A stretch of 62,267 nucleotides of DNA, filler included, from Syncephalis fuscata S228 (Eukaryota > Fungi > Zoopagomycota), in the NCBI GenBank assembly GCA_025786725.1. It is 4 parts of 4 records of this genome, joined end to end, with 100 filler letters (N's around TTAATTAATTAA, not from the genome) between each part and the next. Parts side by side here need not be neighbours in the genome. Positions count along the whole stretch, not along the records: positions 1 to 16,458 come from JAHLTZ010000201.1; positions 16,559 to 45,571 come from JAHLTZ010000095.1; 2 more parts are not named here. One strand, 5' to 3'. The notes under the pieces are model-generated. The model had not been told where the DNA came from, searched no databases, and worked only from the letters and a program-made list of their open reading frames with translations. Shown in pieces: positions 13,942 to 27,360 of this stretch. Each line of letters opens with the position of its first letter. Positions within the stretch are counted from its first letter, which is position 1. A program made the position numbers and the translations under genes.

Positions 13942-16458
13942 ATGGGCAAACTATCACTATTTCGTAAAAAATCTACCTCCTCATTACGCGATGAAAGCGT
14001 AGATTCGGAGGAAAGAGTCAGTACTGCCCTCCAGCGCTGCCTTTATTGAATATTGGCTCTTCTCGTCCAGCGGACAGTAAATGGTCGCCAAACAATGGCA
14101 ACGATACTTTTCAATCGTCACTAGCCAGTCCGCCCAAGTCTCCGCTAGATACCAGTATACAGCAAAGCAGCTTGTTGGATGAAATCTTTAGTGATCTGTC
14201 TCTTTCTAGCGGTCTTACGTCTACTACGCGTGAAGAGTCGTCGGTCAATCAAGGCCGTCCAACGTCTTATGAGCCACTTGGTACTTCTTCGGCAGTAGCT
14301 GGTCACGAATCGGGTAAGTAATTACTTAATAATATATATATATATATATGAATAAATGCCTTTAATTTATTTAATATAGGAGCCGGCCAGTCTACACTAA
14401 TGTCATTTGGCGACGATTAGTGCTATTATGGATAGTGCTAGCCATTTGAATTATAATGAAAGTAGTTTTAGCACTGCTACACTTCTGCAACCGTGTCCAA
14501 GTCAACACGTCAGGCAAGCAATCGTCTAATCGCACAAGCATTCATCCCGTGCTAAGAAGCAGGATAATGAGGACAGTGAATTTATTGACATTTATCGCAA
14601 GGCTGCCAATGCACCACGTACACGCGACCTAGCCACTAGTCCGAAGAAAGATGGATCAGCCATTCGCTCATCGGTTACTACAGTATATGCAGCTGGTGCT
14701 AAACAGCCAAAAAGCCGCAAAGCCAAAACGGGCAAGCTGGCGAAAACAATCTGAAAATGCCGCTCGTGCACGTGCAGCCACGTTTGCTGCTGGCCGATTT
14801 GCCGACGAATCGAAGGCCTATGGTGAAGAAGATAGCGAAGAAGAAGAAGACGAAGAAACTACGTCATCTGACTACACTTCTAGCTCATCCGAATCCGAAG
14901 AAAGCGATGCCGAACAAAGCGATGCCGGATCGGATGCATCTGTATCGTCTGGCGGTGCTGGACTTAATCGTATTGGCCAGATTGCCGTTGCTAGAGGTTT
15001 GGCACGTCAAGCAGAACGCGACAAAGCAAGTCGAATCCAGCATTGGGCCGGTACAGTTGAAAAGATTGATAATGGCAATTTGGCCATTGAACGCATGAAG
15101 GATCGTCACCGTCTTGAAATGGAGGCTGTAGGTGCCGTTCCTAGTGTGCCTACAAATGCGCCACTTGTACAAGCAGGTGCACCAGCTGGACCAACTGGGC
15201 TTGTAAACCCACAGGCTGGTAATACAGCTACACGTGCGCCTATGACACGACATGCAACGACCGGTGTTATGTCAGTGGATTTAATGCGTACAGGTAACCT
15301 GTTGGACAACAACAAGGAACTGATGCAGCTGTAAATGCTATTCACGATCGTTTAGCTGATGCGCGTGGATTTAATCGTAAACACTCGCTACCGCTAATGA
15401 ATAGTAATGCAGGTGATAATTCTACTCTATTAAATAGCGCCAACAATGGCAATCGACCCAGCCAACTCTCTTTGGTGTCCAATAATGCTACAGCCTTTCC
15501 GGGTCAACAACAGCAGCCATCTGGATCACAAACTATACCTGTAATAACCGGCCCTCAACCATTGTCACCTGTTCATATGCAAATTGACGCTAATCATCGT
15601 GTATTGGCCTCTAGCACCTCTACAGTATCTACCGGTGCTACGCCATCCTCTGCTGCCTCATCGGTATCGTCTAGTACAGCTCCAGATACTATTGTGGTTG
15701 ATAAGACTCGTAGAACATCAGCTAAAGGCCGTTTGCAGCAAATTCCATCTTCAGATGAAGAGGATGACGAAGAAGATGACGACGACGACGACGATGCATC
15801 TGACGATGAAGCACCAATTGCTGGCAATCGTCAAACAGTCGTTAAAAAGGCATCTGATCTACAGCGGCCTAATGCTACTGCTCCTGTAGCATCCGGTATA
15901 TATAACGCACGTCTACCATCCGCTCCACGTTCACCACCTTATCAGCAAGTGCCAGCAATGGAGCATCACTATCAGCCAGGTATGCCTAATGTAGCTTCAA
16001 TGCCACAAGGTCAGCCAATGCAAGAGGCCGTCTATGCACACAGCAGCCACCATTGACACTGATCCAACAGCAACAACAAATGGCAGCAGCAGCTCAACAA
16101 GCCAAATTGCAGCAACAACAGCAAATGGCAGCAGCAGCTCAAATGTGGTCAGGTAACCGTAACAATGGTGCCATTGCTAATCCACCATTATCGCCAATGC
16201 AAGCATATCCATCTCCTTCACCGCCTACAGCCCTCAACGTGTTGAAGGTGTACGTACTCAGCCAGCAGGATTTGTTCGTCCCGGCCAGCCAACGTTATTG
16301 CAACAACAGCAAATGTTGCAACAGCAACAGCAACATCAGATGCAAGAGCAATTCAATGCTCGTTTGTCCATGCGAGTACCTCCACAGCCACAATCTCCAC
16401 CTTATTCAGGCCGTAATCCAGCTCAACGTACTCAGCCATTGTTAAGCAACGCAACAGC
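13942..16458 (+). CDS. Large low-complexity (S/D/E/Q/P-rich) hypothetical protein, frameshifted in the assembly and truncated at the gap
   Basis: ATG at 13942 (MGKLSLFRKK). Intron GTAAGT at 14314 to AG at ~14379. Consecutive + ORFs 14046-16510 overlap with 1-nt shifts. No domain recognised. Confidence 0.65.
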
Positions 16459-16558
16459 NNNNNNNNNNNNNNNNNNNNNNNNNNNNNNNNNNNNNNNNNN
16501 NNTTAATTAATTAANNNNNNNNNNNNNNNNNNNNNNNNNNNNNNNNNNNNNNNNNNNN
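16459..16558. other. Artificial contig spacer (N-TTAATTAATTAA-N)
   Basis: 100-nt block with a central six-frame stop linker, identical in form to 45572-45671 and 59632-59731. Confidence 0.95.
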
Positions 16559-18376
16559 GTACTGTACCAGTGTTCATAATCTAGTACATATGCAATAAAA
16601 ATAGGCATATTAGCCTGTATTTCCTATTGCACAATCTAACTATTGGCGAAAACAAATATATTGTTTGGTTTTGTAAAAATTATAATAATATCTTTGCTGC
16701 CATTTCTACCGATTCGGTTCTCAGTATTTGCATGCATACAAAATAACACACAACACTGATACAAAAACAAGTTTAATGTATCAAACCGGTGTTTTTATAC
16801 AAGCTTTTACTGTTATACATAGGTTAGCTATATTTAAATTATAAGTGTATTGATTGGTACATGCATGTATTTCATTCGACACTATGCCCATTGTCATGGG
16901 GTAATCATTGTTTCGAATTCACAAATGTATCACATCCAAACATATCATGCCACATGTTGTGCAATTATCATCGTTCAAATGATGGCTAATCCAAATTACC
17001 TGAACTTGACTATACGATAAGTACTATTTGCAGGATGATGCATTGTGGCATTTTAAGCAATGGGACATTCCAACAAGTCATTTTTAGCAGTTTTTCGGCT
17101 GTAAACCAAATCGCATCGGCTAGATTACACACAATACATATGCAGACACTAGCTAGACACGCCAGAAAGCACTAGACACTTACCAGTAATTTCAAGTATA
17201 TTGTGGCTGTAGATCACATATAAACTGATAATCGTCCAAGGCCTAACTGCTGCTTATCTTCCTGAAACTCGATTTTGACAAGTTAAATAAGATGGAATAT
17301 AGAATAACAAGCCAAAGCTGAAACCAATGGAAAAACAAGCGGCAGCCCAAAGGCCTACTGTTTTAACCTATAACCTATAGCAAACCATTATAGTTATGCT
17401 AAGCTAAACTGCATTTATCAAACGCTGGCTGTTGCTGATGCGGCCAGAACAGCAGCAACGTTAAACCGAGATAACGCACAGAAAACAAAGAAATGTAAAT
17501 AGAACTAAATCAACGAGTTTTGGTAGTTAAATAACTTATTATTGTCGCTATAATTATAATGCTGGTTGTTTGTACGGATAAATATTTACAATCATATTGT
17601 AATCTCTTATATACTCACATTTACACGATCACCAATTAAGCCAACTATTGTAAGGCTTAATTTAATTATTTATCAAAATAAGCAGCCAATGTCATACATT
17701 ATTACATTAATAGAAAGACAGATCAATTGTATTTATTGGCCATTAATAAAAGTTGTATAGCTATATATTAAAATAAAACAAAACATTGGATTGAACATGT
17801 AATATTTGGATTTGGATTTATTAGCTTAAGTGAGACAACGGTCCGTAGGACCTAACCGCGCATTTGCAGCATTTGTCTGCCACCCCTAGAAGAATAGACG
17901 GTTCATTTCGAACCTATCCGCGCGCAACGCAGAACCTGCCATCTACAACTGAAACCGTTGGTGGCTCTCCTCACGTGTTGGAATATCGACCATTTCTTCT
18001 ACGGAAGGATCCCATCACGCATTTCCTGAAAACAAGATTCGAACTAGGCGAACCAACATTTCCTACTTTAGGGAAGGATTGAACATGTAATATTTATATG
18101 ATCAAATCATTTTTACTTTGACTTCCATATTTTGACCTCAAAGTAAAACTCGTTTCAATTGAAGTCGCACTGCTATACACAACACAGTTAGATTGCTTCC
18201 TAATAAAATGCTGGCAATAAATTGATTTAGATAAAAGAATGCAACATACTATTTAATTTCTTTGAAACATTTGAGGTTTGTTGTTGGCCATGTGTAGAGA
18301 GATTAATCGAATATCAATAGAAGCCATATGATCACAATTCCATGTCATTCCATATTTGTTGCTGTTGCATCTACGT
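16559..18376 (-). repeat. Near-identical inverted copy of 43298-45117 (upstream region of the micro-exon peptide genes)
   Basis: 16559 gtactgtaccagtgttcataatctagtac is the reverse complement of 45089-45117. Only scattered substitutions over ~1.8 kb. A more diverged paralog lies at ~51880-53720. Confidence 0.9.
17788..18095 (-). mobile_element. 5'-truncated non-LTR retroposon fragment (268 bp) with 20-bp target-site duplication
   Basis: TSD ggattgaacatgtaatattt at 17788-17807 and 18076-18095. The minus strand ends AATAAA-tccaaatccaaat. The paralogous site at ~53045 is empty. Confidence 0.75.
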
Positions 18377-19252
18377 ACAACATGGATTCTTATGTCTAAA
18401 TGGTCTTTTCTATGTTCTAATCTTATACTATTGTATTTTGGACATATTTATAATGTAAGATCAGTATTAATATAATTATTATAAATGTCGTTTATTAAAC
18501 AGCCACTTTCCATATAGCCAATCTGACTAAATAAGTGGCATTTGAACAATTAATATCATAATGCCAATGTATATATTAAAGCAATAATAAAAATAACTAA
18601 TTAATTACATTATTGTACTGATAATTACACATGAATTAATTAATGTTAGATTTAATATTATACATGCTATAGTGACGGATAAGCGTTTAATTGTGTTTAA
18701 AAGTACTAAGGGATGAAATGAGTAAATAAAAATGTAACAGTCAAAGTACAATGGCTCACTAATATTAATTAATTTTTTAATAGACTCATGTGATTCAGTG
18801 TCGAAAGATCAAAGCTGAGATTCTTTACTTGATTAAATTACACATTTGTTGCTCTACTAAACATGGAATTGGATGGTGAGTTATATTAAATATCGGATTA
18901 TAATGCTTTGAATACTTTACAGCAACAATAATATGGATCAACATTTATCTATTGATTATATTTTATTTTAAGTAACATGGAATACTACAACATTTATTAA
19001 CACTAATACGAATGTTGAAAATAGCGCAGACTGGTTCATCTTCACTTGCATTAATCGAAATTAACATAGTACCGTTTCAACAAATAACACTTCTCAGTAT
19101 TAAAAACTGATCGACGGTTTAATATTCGAGTTATTGAATTATCACCACTCATGATATAGAAATGACCAATATTTCTTTAAATATTATAATCACATACAAA
19201 TTCTAGACTGCCAATAGATGGTGTTAATTATTATAACGATTAGCAATACAGT

Positions 19253-19531
19253 TTATTTTTGCTTATTGGTATCGGGTGATGTCATAATACGACCTGCCGC
19301 CATGAATCTATAAATTTAACCGAGATTAGAATAAATAAACAAGCAAACATTAGAGCTCACTTACACGGACGTATGAATGATGCCTAGACGACGTGTAGCT
19401 TCAACTTGTTCCGCGGCAGTCTCAGTGTTTGCTTTAAGCTGGTCGACATTACGTTGAAGTCGCTCCAATTGTGAATGAAGCTGTTGGTATTGTCGTGTTC
19501 GACGACTATCGGGATCTTGTGCAGATTGCAT
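19253..19531 (-). CDS. HSK3: DASH/Dam1 complex subunit Hsk3-like (2 exons; absent from the ORF track)
   Basis: Exons 19531-19365 and 19307-19253 give MQSAQDPDSRRTRQYQQLHSQLERLQRNVDQLKANTETAAEQVEATRRLGIIHTSVFMAAGRIMTSPDTNKQK, matching the Hsk3 pattern RQY..L..QL..L..N......LG..H...FMAA. Confidence 0.75.
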
Positions 19532-19715
19532 TGTGCTAGTTTAATGATCGTTTAATAAACTTGACAACAATAGAAACAGATAGATAAACTAGGATAGTCA
19601 GCTGATAGAAAGTGACTCAATAATAAACAAAGGCTACGCGAGTTGAAAAAAAAGACACGTCATGATTAATTAATAAAACTTTTTTTAATTCTTTTCAATC
19701 GTTTATTAATTCCAA

Positions 19716-20759
19716 ATGACTTCAAAATCCAAGAAAACTAGCAATAACAATGGCCAGGCAGCAGATCAGCTGCTAGACACAGATGAGAGTCTTTATGACT
19801 TGTTGGAATTAACGGACAGTGCAGCAGCAGCAGATATTAAACGTGCCTATCGTCGATTAGCACTACGTTATCATCCAGATAAGCAATTGGCATCAGCAAC
19901 TGATACAGAGCGTGCAAATGCCACACAGCAGTTCCAACGAGTGGGTCTGGCTTATGCCGTACTAAGCGATGAAATGAGACGTACGCGATATGATCGTACT
20001 GGTGAAGTAGGAGAAACACCAGGATTGGAGAAGGAACCGATTGGGACACTTATTTCCGTGAACTATTCAATCATGTGGACGATGCAGTGCTAGTCAAGTT
20101 TGCGGCTGAATATCGAGGTAATAAAATGATAGTATTTATTATATTTACTATATTAACGTGTAACTCAAACTAGGATCTGAGGAGGAGAAAATAGATCTAT
20201 TGGCAGCATATAAGAAATGCAAGGGCAATTTTGATGATATCTATGGAGAAATGCCTGTTGTTAATGTGCTTGATGATGAAGATCGTCTTCAAGATATTAT
20301 TAGAGCGTTATAGATGCTGGTGAGGTTGAAGGGTATCCTGCATTTACTAAAGAGTCAAATACTAAACGGTTGGCTCGTCAACGACGCGCACGAGCTGAAG
20401 CTAAAGCGGCCGAAGCAATGCACCTTCAACTGAAGGCTGACAAAAATATGAAAACGAATGGATCAGTACCAGATTCAGAGGCAGATCTGGCTTTGATGTT
20501 GCAAACACGACATGCTAGTCGAATGATGTCGTTGATTGCTAATCTCGAGGCAAAGTATGCGCCTAAATCATTATCAACAACAAAATCGAAAAAAAAGGGA
20601 TTGGCAAATACAAAAAAGCGCGATACAACGGAAGATAATATGGATATGGATGAGCCGCAGCATTCTAAGCGAAAAATTAAAAAAGCAGCTCCTTCCGAGC
20701 CAAGTGAAGAAGAATTTATGGCATTGCAAGACAAATTATTTGGTAAAAACAGCGACTAA
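19716..20759 (+). CDS. DnaJ-domain protein, DNAJC9-like
   Basis: J domain LYDLLEL...IKRAYRRLALRYHPDK...FQRVGLAYAVLSD...RYDRTG, then EYRGSEEEKIDLLAAYKKCKG and EAKAAE...LEAKY. Intron ~20118-20173. Indels split the ORF. Confidence 0.9.
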
Positions 20760-22141
20760 ATGGAAATCAGTTTAAATCGAATGTTTTAAAGATTGATTTG
20801 TATACGCATATTAAGTTTATTTTGCACATATTTTAAGATTTGGAAATATTTGTTCATGAACTAAATAGCAAATCACGAGCATAAATAATAACAATGATAT
20901 TTAAATTTAAATTGTTACAATATATTAAAGGCATAAATTAAAACGGCCATAAAGCTTTTTCATTTTTGTAAATAGCGCTAAAAGCATAACTTAAACAAAA
21001 GATGGATAAAGCTAAATGTGTGACAGTTCCAACTACGCAAAATAATAGTATGGTATCTGTATAGTGGCAACTCAATAACTACATTTAATAATATTTGCGC
21101 AGCTAAATTAATATTTATTCTATTGAATATATAATTGAGCGATGAGTAAAATTAGGATCCGGAATAATTGCTATTACAAATTTATTATCATGTAAGAATA
21201 TATTTTTTATTAATCCAATCTTATCATTGTATATTCATTCCACTGTGTGACATCATATTGTATTTTGAATACAATCTATTTGAATCTCTCATTTGTTTGT
21301 TGATAGATTTATCGATTGTAGAATCCGACTAATTTTACTCATTTTATTGTCATACACACTATACCTTTATTATCAGTATTCGCATACTTGCATTTATTTG
21401 TCCATAGCATCTTATATTATTTATTTTATTGTGCCATATGTTTTTATCAATATAAAATAAAACTTTTTAATTATATCTTACTCCCTATGATCAATGTGAT
21501 GCTCACATAGTTGCTTTCTTTGACTGAAAATCAGTAAATAGTATAGCTGCTGTAATGTTCGGATAGATGCAGCACAGAGTGAACAATATACCAACAAGCA
21601 ATAAAATTCATGAGAGAAACATTCAAAATCAGTTGGCAGCCTTATTTAGATACTTTTTAAAGCTTTAATTTGATCATACATGGCTGTTGATATGCAATAA
21701 AATACATCATAGCATAGCGTGTAGTTAAGCCATCGTTTGATTAAATATAAAAGCAGCTGTAAATATCAATCAAATATTGTGCATTTGTTTACTATTCTGA
21801 ATCTATATGACGAATTAATACAGCAGTATGCTATTCATTATTGCGTATTAATGGCATCAAACAAGGTATCATTATTTAGAAGAACTGAATAATTTATTTG
21901 TATGCTCAAATGTTCCTAATTATATCAGAAGACGCAGAATATTGTAGTGTGTGTCTGATTATTATTCAATATTAACTGGCTAAGTATATTTAAAAAAGCC
22001 TTGTACCAATTCATGCAATTAAACACTTGCAGACATCTGCGTGCTATAATAGCAGTTATGTCAGGGTGTTTATCAATCATCGAAGCTAGTTTATTGGACC
22101 ATGCACTATTTCCAAAATTATCAATGTTCTAGATATATTAA

Positions 22142-23124
22142 TTATAATGCCATAAGTGGTTGGCAGGTTGCTACAGCAACATTTGTTGTCTCATAGATTG
22201 GCGATGGTATTTGCGAAATATGAAGCATTCTTTCGGTTTTTGGGCAATTAGCCTCACTTAATATATGGCGTGTCCTACGGCAATTTTCGATCAGAATAGT
22301 TGAGCAGATTGAACTGTGATAATTTCAAGTAAATATAGAGCAGGATATTATAGCTAACTAAACTTACCATTCAATAAAGTAGAAAAAGCAGTGAGCTTCC
22401 AAAATTTACCAAGAAACAATATAGCAGGCCAGACTGCACTACAAAGCATAGTAAGGCACATTATTGAATGCATCATTAGCTAAATACTTCCAGGTCTTAG
22501 AACCAAAAATACGATATTGCTTATATGCCGTGTAACTGAATACCGACGAAAGAAATGTGTTAACAGCTACAGATGCACAGAACCACACCAGAGTCCATTT
22601 TTCTGAATAAAGGGAAAAGCCTTGGCGATATAAATTAATATCACGAATAACACCAACGTTTAACGTCATAATGGGGGCTGTTACTTGTATCATAATTAAT
22701 ACTATGGCTATTGCAAGTATCCAGCGGTTTTTATGTGATATCATGTATGCTTTTTGCAGCAAAATTATATTGTAACACACAATGGAGATGGGAATAGCCC
22801 ATCCGGAATAAAGCGCTGGTGTATCCAAATAAAAGGCTTTGCCCAAGTGAAACATAATTGTAAGCATTGTTATGCCAACACACAAAATTGAGGGTATCAA
22901 GCAGCACCATCTTGCAAGTGCTCGCGGCTGTTCTATAACTAGTCGAAGAGCGATATTGGCGTTGCGCGCATGGACATAGCCCATAATAAATGAAGCACAA
23001 GTAGCATCCAAATATATCTTAAATGTGCTCGCATTCCTTTCAAAGTAATAGAGTATACTTCTATATACTCATAAGCACCCATGGGATGGGCATTAGTAGT
23101 GCTATTAGAATGCAATGTGCTCAT
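22142..23124 (-). CDS. Multi-pass (7TM-like) membrane protein, family copy 1
   Basis: Several hydrophobic segments, the motif YKQYRIFGSKTWKYLAND and an intron after FIEW, all shared with copies 2-4. Contains indels. Confidence 0.7.
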
Positions 23125-24367
23125 TTTTAAAGCAATATTACTATCAGCTATGATGTCAATTAATGCGATGTAGATATATGGATATAATGTATTAAATAAA
23201 GCACCGCAGGGAGAAACGTAAAAGAACCGAGATTTTGTGCTTTACAAGCCAATATGCATATTGAGAATTCAAACTTGTATTTATACATAAACAAGCACCA
23301 AATTGCATTCCGGTTTAGCCATTAGTTTATTATTCAAGGCCAAGCCGCAAAATCTTTACCAAGTTGCTGAAATGATTATAAATCTGATCCTTGTATATTG
23401 TAAGCAACTTTACTCATAAGTATTTACAATGTTGCTAAAGATACGGCAACAGTTGGCGAAAACGTATTAAATGTTATGGCTATATTAGCTGTAAAACTTT
23501 GATAAATAGCTGATTAGTTATATATTTGTTTATGTATTTTTAATTGTATTTCTGAAAATGCGCTTTGCAATTCTTGAACATTAGTTACATTTGATATGTC
23601 TATAACTATGCTATTAGTTTAACAAGACTATTAGTAGTTTTATTGCATTAATAGTAAACAATTTATTGGTCATTTAATGTGATTTAAGATCAAATGAGCT
23701 TATATAATAATATTCGTGCAGTTGAAGTAGATATTCATTCTATTGAACATAGAACTGCGTGATGATGGCAGCAGAAATCAAAATAGTTATCATCATAGAT
23801 TTACATACATTATATCCATATATTTTATTGCATTGTATATTTATTAAATATTATCATTATATAGTGTAGTGATCCCATTTTATTAAAAATTGATGTTTGG
23901 TTGGCACCAACTGTATTTATTGTAATATTGCTTTATTTTGATCATTGCACTTATCCAGCCATATATATAGCCTTTCCAATAATATTTATTTTTTGTATTT
24001 TATCAGCTTATTCAATCATATATATTCTATTTTTATTAACTATTTTTTATTAATAAAGATTATTTTGTTTTTAGTTATATTCTTATAGATTCAACTCAAT
24101 TTACTTAGATGTATGCGCATATTATAATCTTATTGTCAAAATCTATATTTCTTTTTGACTACACATTCGAATTTATGTTATTTGCTAGCCTACAGTTATG
24201 TATTTATTATCAATATAAAACATAAACAAAATAGCACTGATTGAAGTATACAATCTACACAGAATCAAGTCTTTGGCAATGATCATATCACAGTGTAGCA
24301 ATAACAACAGCTAGAATAAAATATTTATTAGTGCAATAACAGTGATAATGATCAGCATTAGGTTATC

Positions 24368-25127
24368 TTATACATCTTGGTTGCCTTCATCATTATTGCC
24401 CGATGAAAACGTATATTGCAATTTGAATACACCAAGACAGATACGTAATTGTGTATCAAAACTTAAACTGGGAAACTTCTTTTTAGCAAAGTCGAGACCA
24501 AATGAGCTTTCAAGCAATCGAAGCGGATCAAATGAGCATTCTTTTATCGTAAGATCGGCGGTATTAACACCGGGTGCAGTGAAAGTAGCTGTAGTTACGC
24601 CTTCGCTATCATCGACACATAGCCGAACAAGATCGCTCGGGACTGGCCGAAGAACATTTTTTAATTCAATAATTTCATCTGTTTTTATATTTTGCATTCG
24701 TATATCATAATATTGCATCCCTTTCTCAATTGAATCAATATCCACTTGGTTGGTTGGCGAGGATGATGATGGCAATGATGACGATAGTGGAGTGTGATTA
24801 GCCGTGCCAATAGCTGATGAAGTGCTAGCTATAGAATGGTGATGACCACGGCAACAGTCATGTACTTGCGGTGGTTGATTCGCCGGCCAACCAGCCAACA
24901 TAAAAGTGCAATCATGCCCTTGCTTCGTACCTATAAATTTAAGTTTTATTTCGTTTATGATACTGATTATTTAATTATTAAGTTGCCCTACCTTGTTTAT
25001 CTACTGGTGCCAAATATCCTTGAAACCATTCAAGATCCAGGTACGCAGGCTTTTCTCCAGAGGCACTGTCCCATGAAGGGTCAAGCCGAGTAAAACACAG
25101 AAATCCCATACCAACAATGGTTGTCAT
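24368..25127 (-). CDS. Hypothetical protein (2 exons)
   Basis: ATG at 25127 (MTTIVGMGFLCFTRLDPSW). The intron ~24991-24932 joins in frame to ORF 24901-24368. No function recognised. Confidence 0.6.
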
Positions 25128-25425
25128 ATTTAGCTGAAATACAGTAGAAAAAAGTGTGCAAAATAGATTTTATTCATTATTTTCTTGAGTCATTTATAAT
25201 CATGTAGTACGCTCAGTCACAATGACACTATTACATGCAAAAGGAATGTTATAACATAGCATGTTGATTAATCTGTATTAAAGTTTTGATATTTAGTGTT
25301 TATTTATAAAATATATTGTTTTGTTTGTTGGATTAGTAAAGATGGACAATAGCCGCAGTATGCTGTATATCAATGTCGATTTTTTTGATCAAGTAAATAG
25401 TTTATTACTATGTTCATTAGCTATG

Positions 25426-26416
25426 CTACTCAATATAAACATTGCTACGTGATGCTCCTTCTAGCTTAGAATGGAATGTGCCACTAGCCATTAAACGGTC
25501 AGTTACTGGTCTGGCCGACATACGAAGACTTGTGCGCATCGCCTCAATATGGCGCACGAGTAATATTGAAGTAACAACCCTGTACCAAATATCAAAACAC
25601 ATATTAGTATCATTTAATATACATACGTTTAAACCTTATCTACTTACCAATCAACCATCCAAAATATATCTGATACATCTCCAAGCGCTCGAAGAGCTGC
25701 AATTAATGTACATATTAAATTAGATCCTATGATTAAGCACATAGTACCGATGCCATCGCGGGCCAACGAACGCCAGCTCTCTGAGCCAAATTGTTTGTAT
25801 TGCTGCAATACTATTCGTAGAAATGCTATAGAAAGAGTAACATTGACGGGAGCCTCTAGACCAAATTTCACCCATGGCGAATAAAGCGGATATTTAATAG
25901 AGCAACCGTTTTCTATACTGTAGAAAGTGTAGCTTTTTACTGTAATTAAATAGGTCATAACGGGTGGCGCGGGAAGTATAAGGAGAATTCCAACGGTTAA
26001 AAGAATACGACTGCGATCGTAGACGGCGTACGCTTTAAGTAAAAGAGTTAGGTTGCCGAAAAAGGTAGACATTGATACGGCTATAATGGCTGCACTCATA
26101 GATAGGCGGCAGCTAGGACCACCAGGCATTAAAAATGGATAGGTGAAGACAACGCCAAATACGGCGCCAACAAGCGCTTGAAAGAACACACACCATGCCA
26201 TAGGACTGCTCGGTGATAGCGAACGGCATCCAACGCAAGATACGAATTTCGAAAAAATAAACATGCTACCATATAATTGACAATAAATTGGCCGTAAACC
26301 ATAAATAAACGGCCACGAATTTCATCGATACCGGTAGCAGGAGCGCTAAAATAGTCAAATACATTGGAATATCCGTCATATGTTTGTGGAAATGAATTTT
26401 GATTGCTTTCATTCAT
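25426..26416 (-). CDS. Multi-pass (7TM-like) membrane protein, family copy 2
   Basis: Motifs LLLKAYAV, GCSIKYP, LQQYKQFGSESWRSLARDG. Intron after MVDW, then VVTSILLVRH. Confidence 0.75.
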
Positions 26417-27360
26417 AGTAGCTCAACCAATGCTTCTCAATGAATCAATCTAATTAATAGTCAAATCGTATAGTTTCTTTTAATCCACACAATAATGTTT
26501 GTACAAATAAAATAAAAATTAAAGAATAAATACAACTAAAATGACAAGTTAGTTTTTATCGCTCATGCCTGTCGTGCATCGTTTTGCATTTGATTGAAAC
26601 GCACTGATTGTGCTAAACCTGTTTCGCGATAATGGCCTGTAACGTATTGGCCCCTATCATAACCAAACTAGTAATACATTTGCACACGACCATGCGTATT
26701 GCTATTTTTATCTGTCGAATATGGCTTAAGCTATACTAATACACAATAAATAAAGTATACGTATATTCATAATCATTTTTAATATTTAGATTGAAGGGTA
26801 TAGACACTTAATTTACCAATGTACAAAACGATGAAAAGACAGGGGTCTTGATAAAACCACACGCTGGAGCACTGAATATACTGTGTATGTTTTACCAATA
26901 TTGGCATCTTGCTGTTATATTATACCACAGTTATTTACGTAATTTATATTGCAATACTATCGCATACATTTCATAATTTTAATGATTATAAACATATTAC
27001 AATTGGTTGTATTTACTATAGCTCTAACCAAATCATTTATTTTGTTAATAATACTAGTAGTTTATTTAGTCGATTATCTTAATTATTGCTATTAAGATCA
27101 AATATCAAATAATGTCAGTAATCAAATTATTAAATTATAGATATATCATCATCATTATAGCATGTCATTAGTCAATTAATTTGTATTACCACAGTATTAT
27201 GTACAATTCCTTTCTCTTAAATAGCAATAGCATTTTTGCAAATATTAATTATAAAGGCGTATTCGAATTTGGTTTTATTTGGTTTATAACAACGACGCGT
27301 AACAGTGTAACCAAACGCACGCATTGTCTAACATAATAGAGTCCACCTTGAACCTTGTTA

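Noticed and set aside
16459-16558. TTAATTAATTAA palindrome within N runs (three occurrences)
   Set aside because: Artificial six-frame stop linker. Adjacency across these gaps is not evidence of genomic linkage.
17566-18082. Duplicated small ORFs (64 aa and 72-75 aa; also 43585-44110)
   Set aside because: Identical only because the whole block is a recent duplicate. They have non-ATG starts, and one lies antisense within the retroposon fragment.
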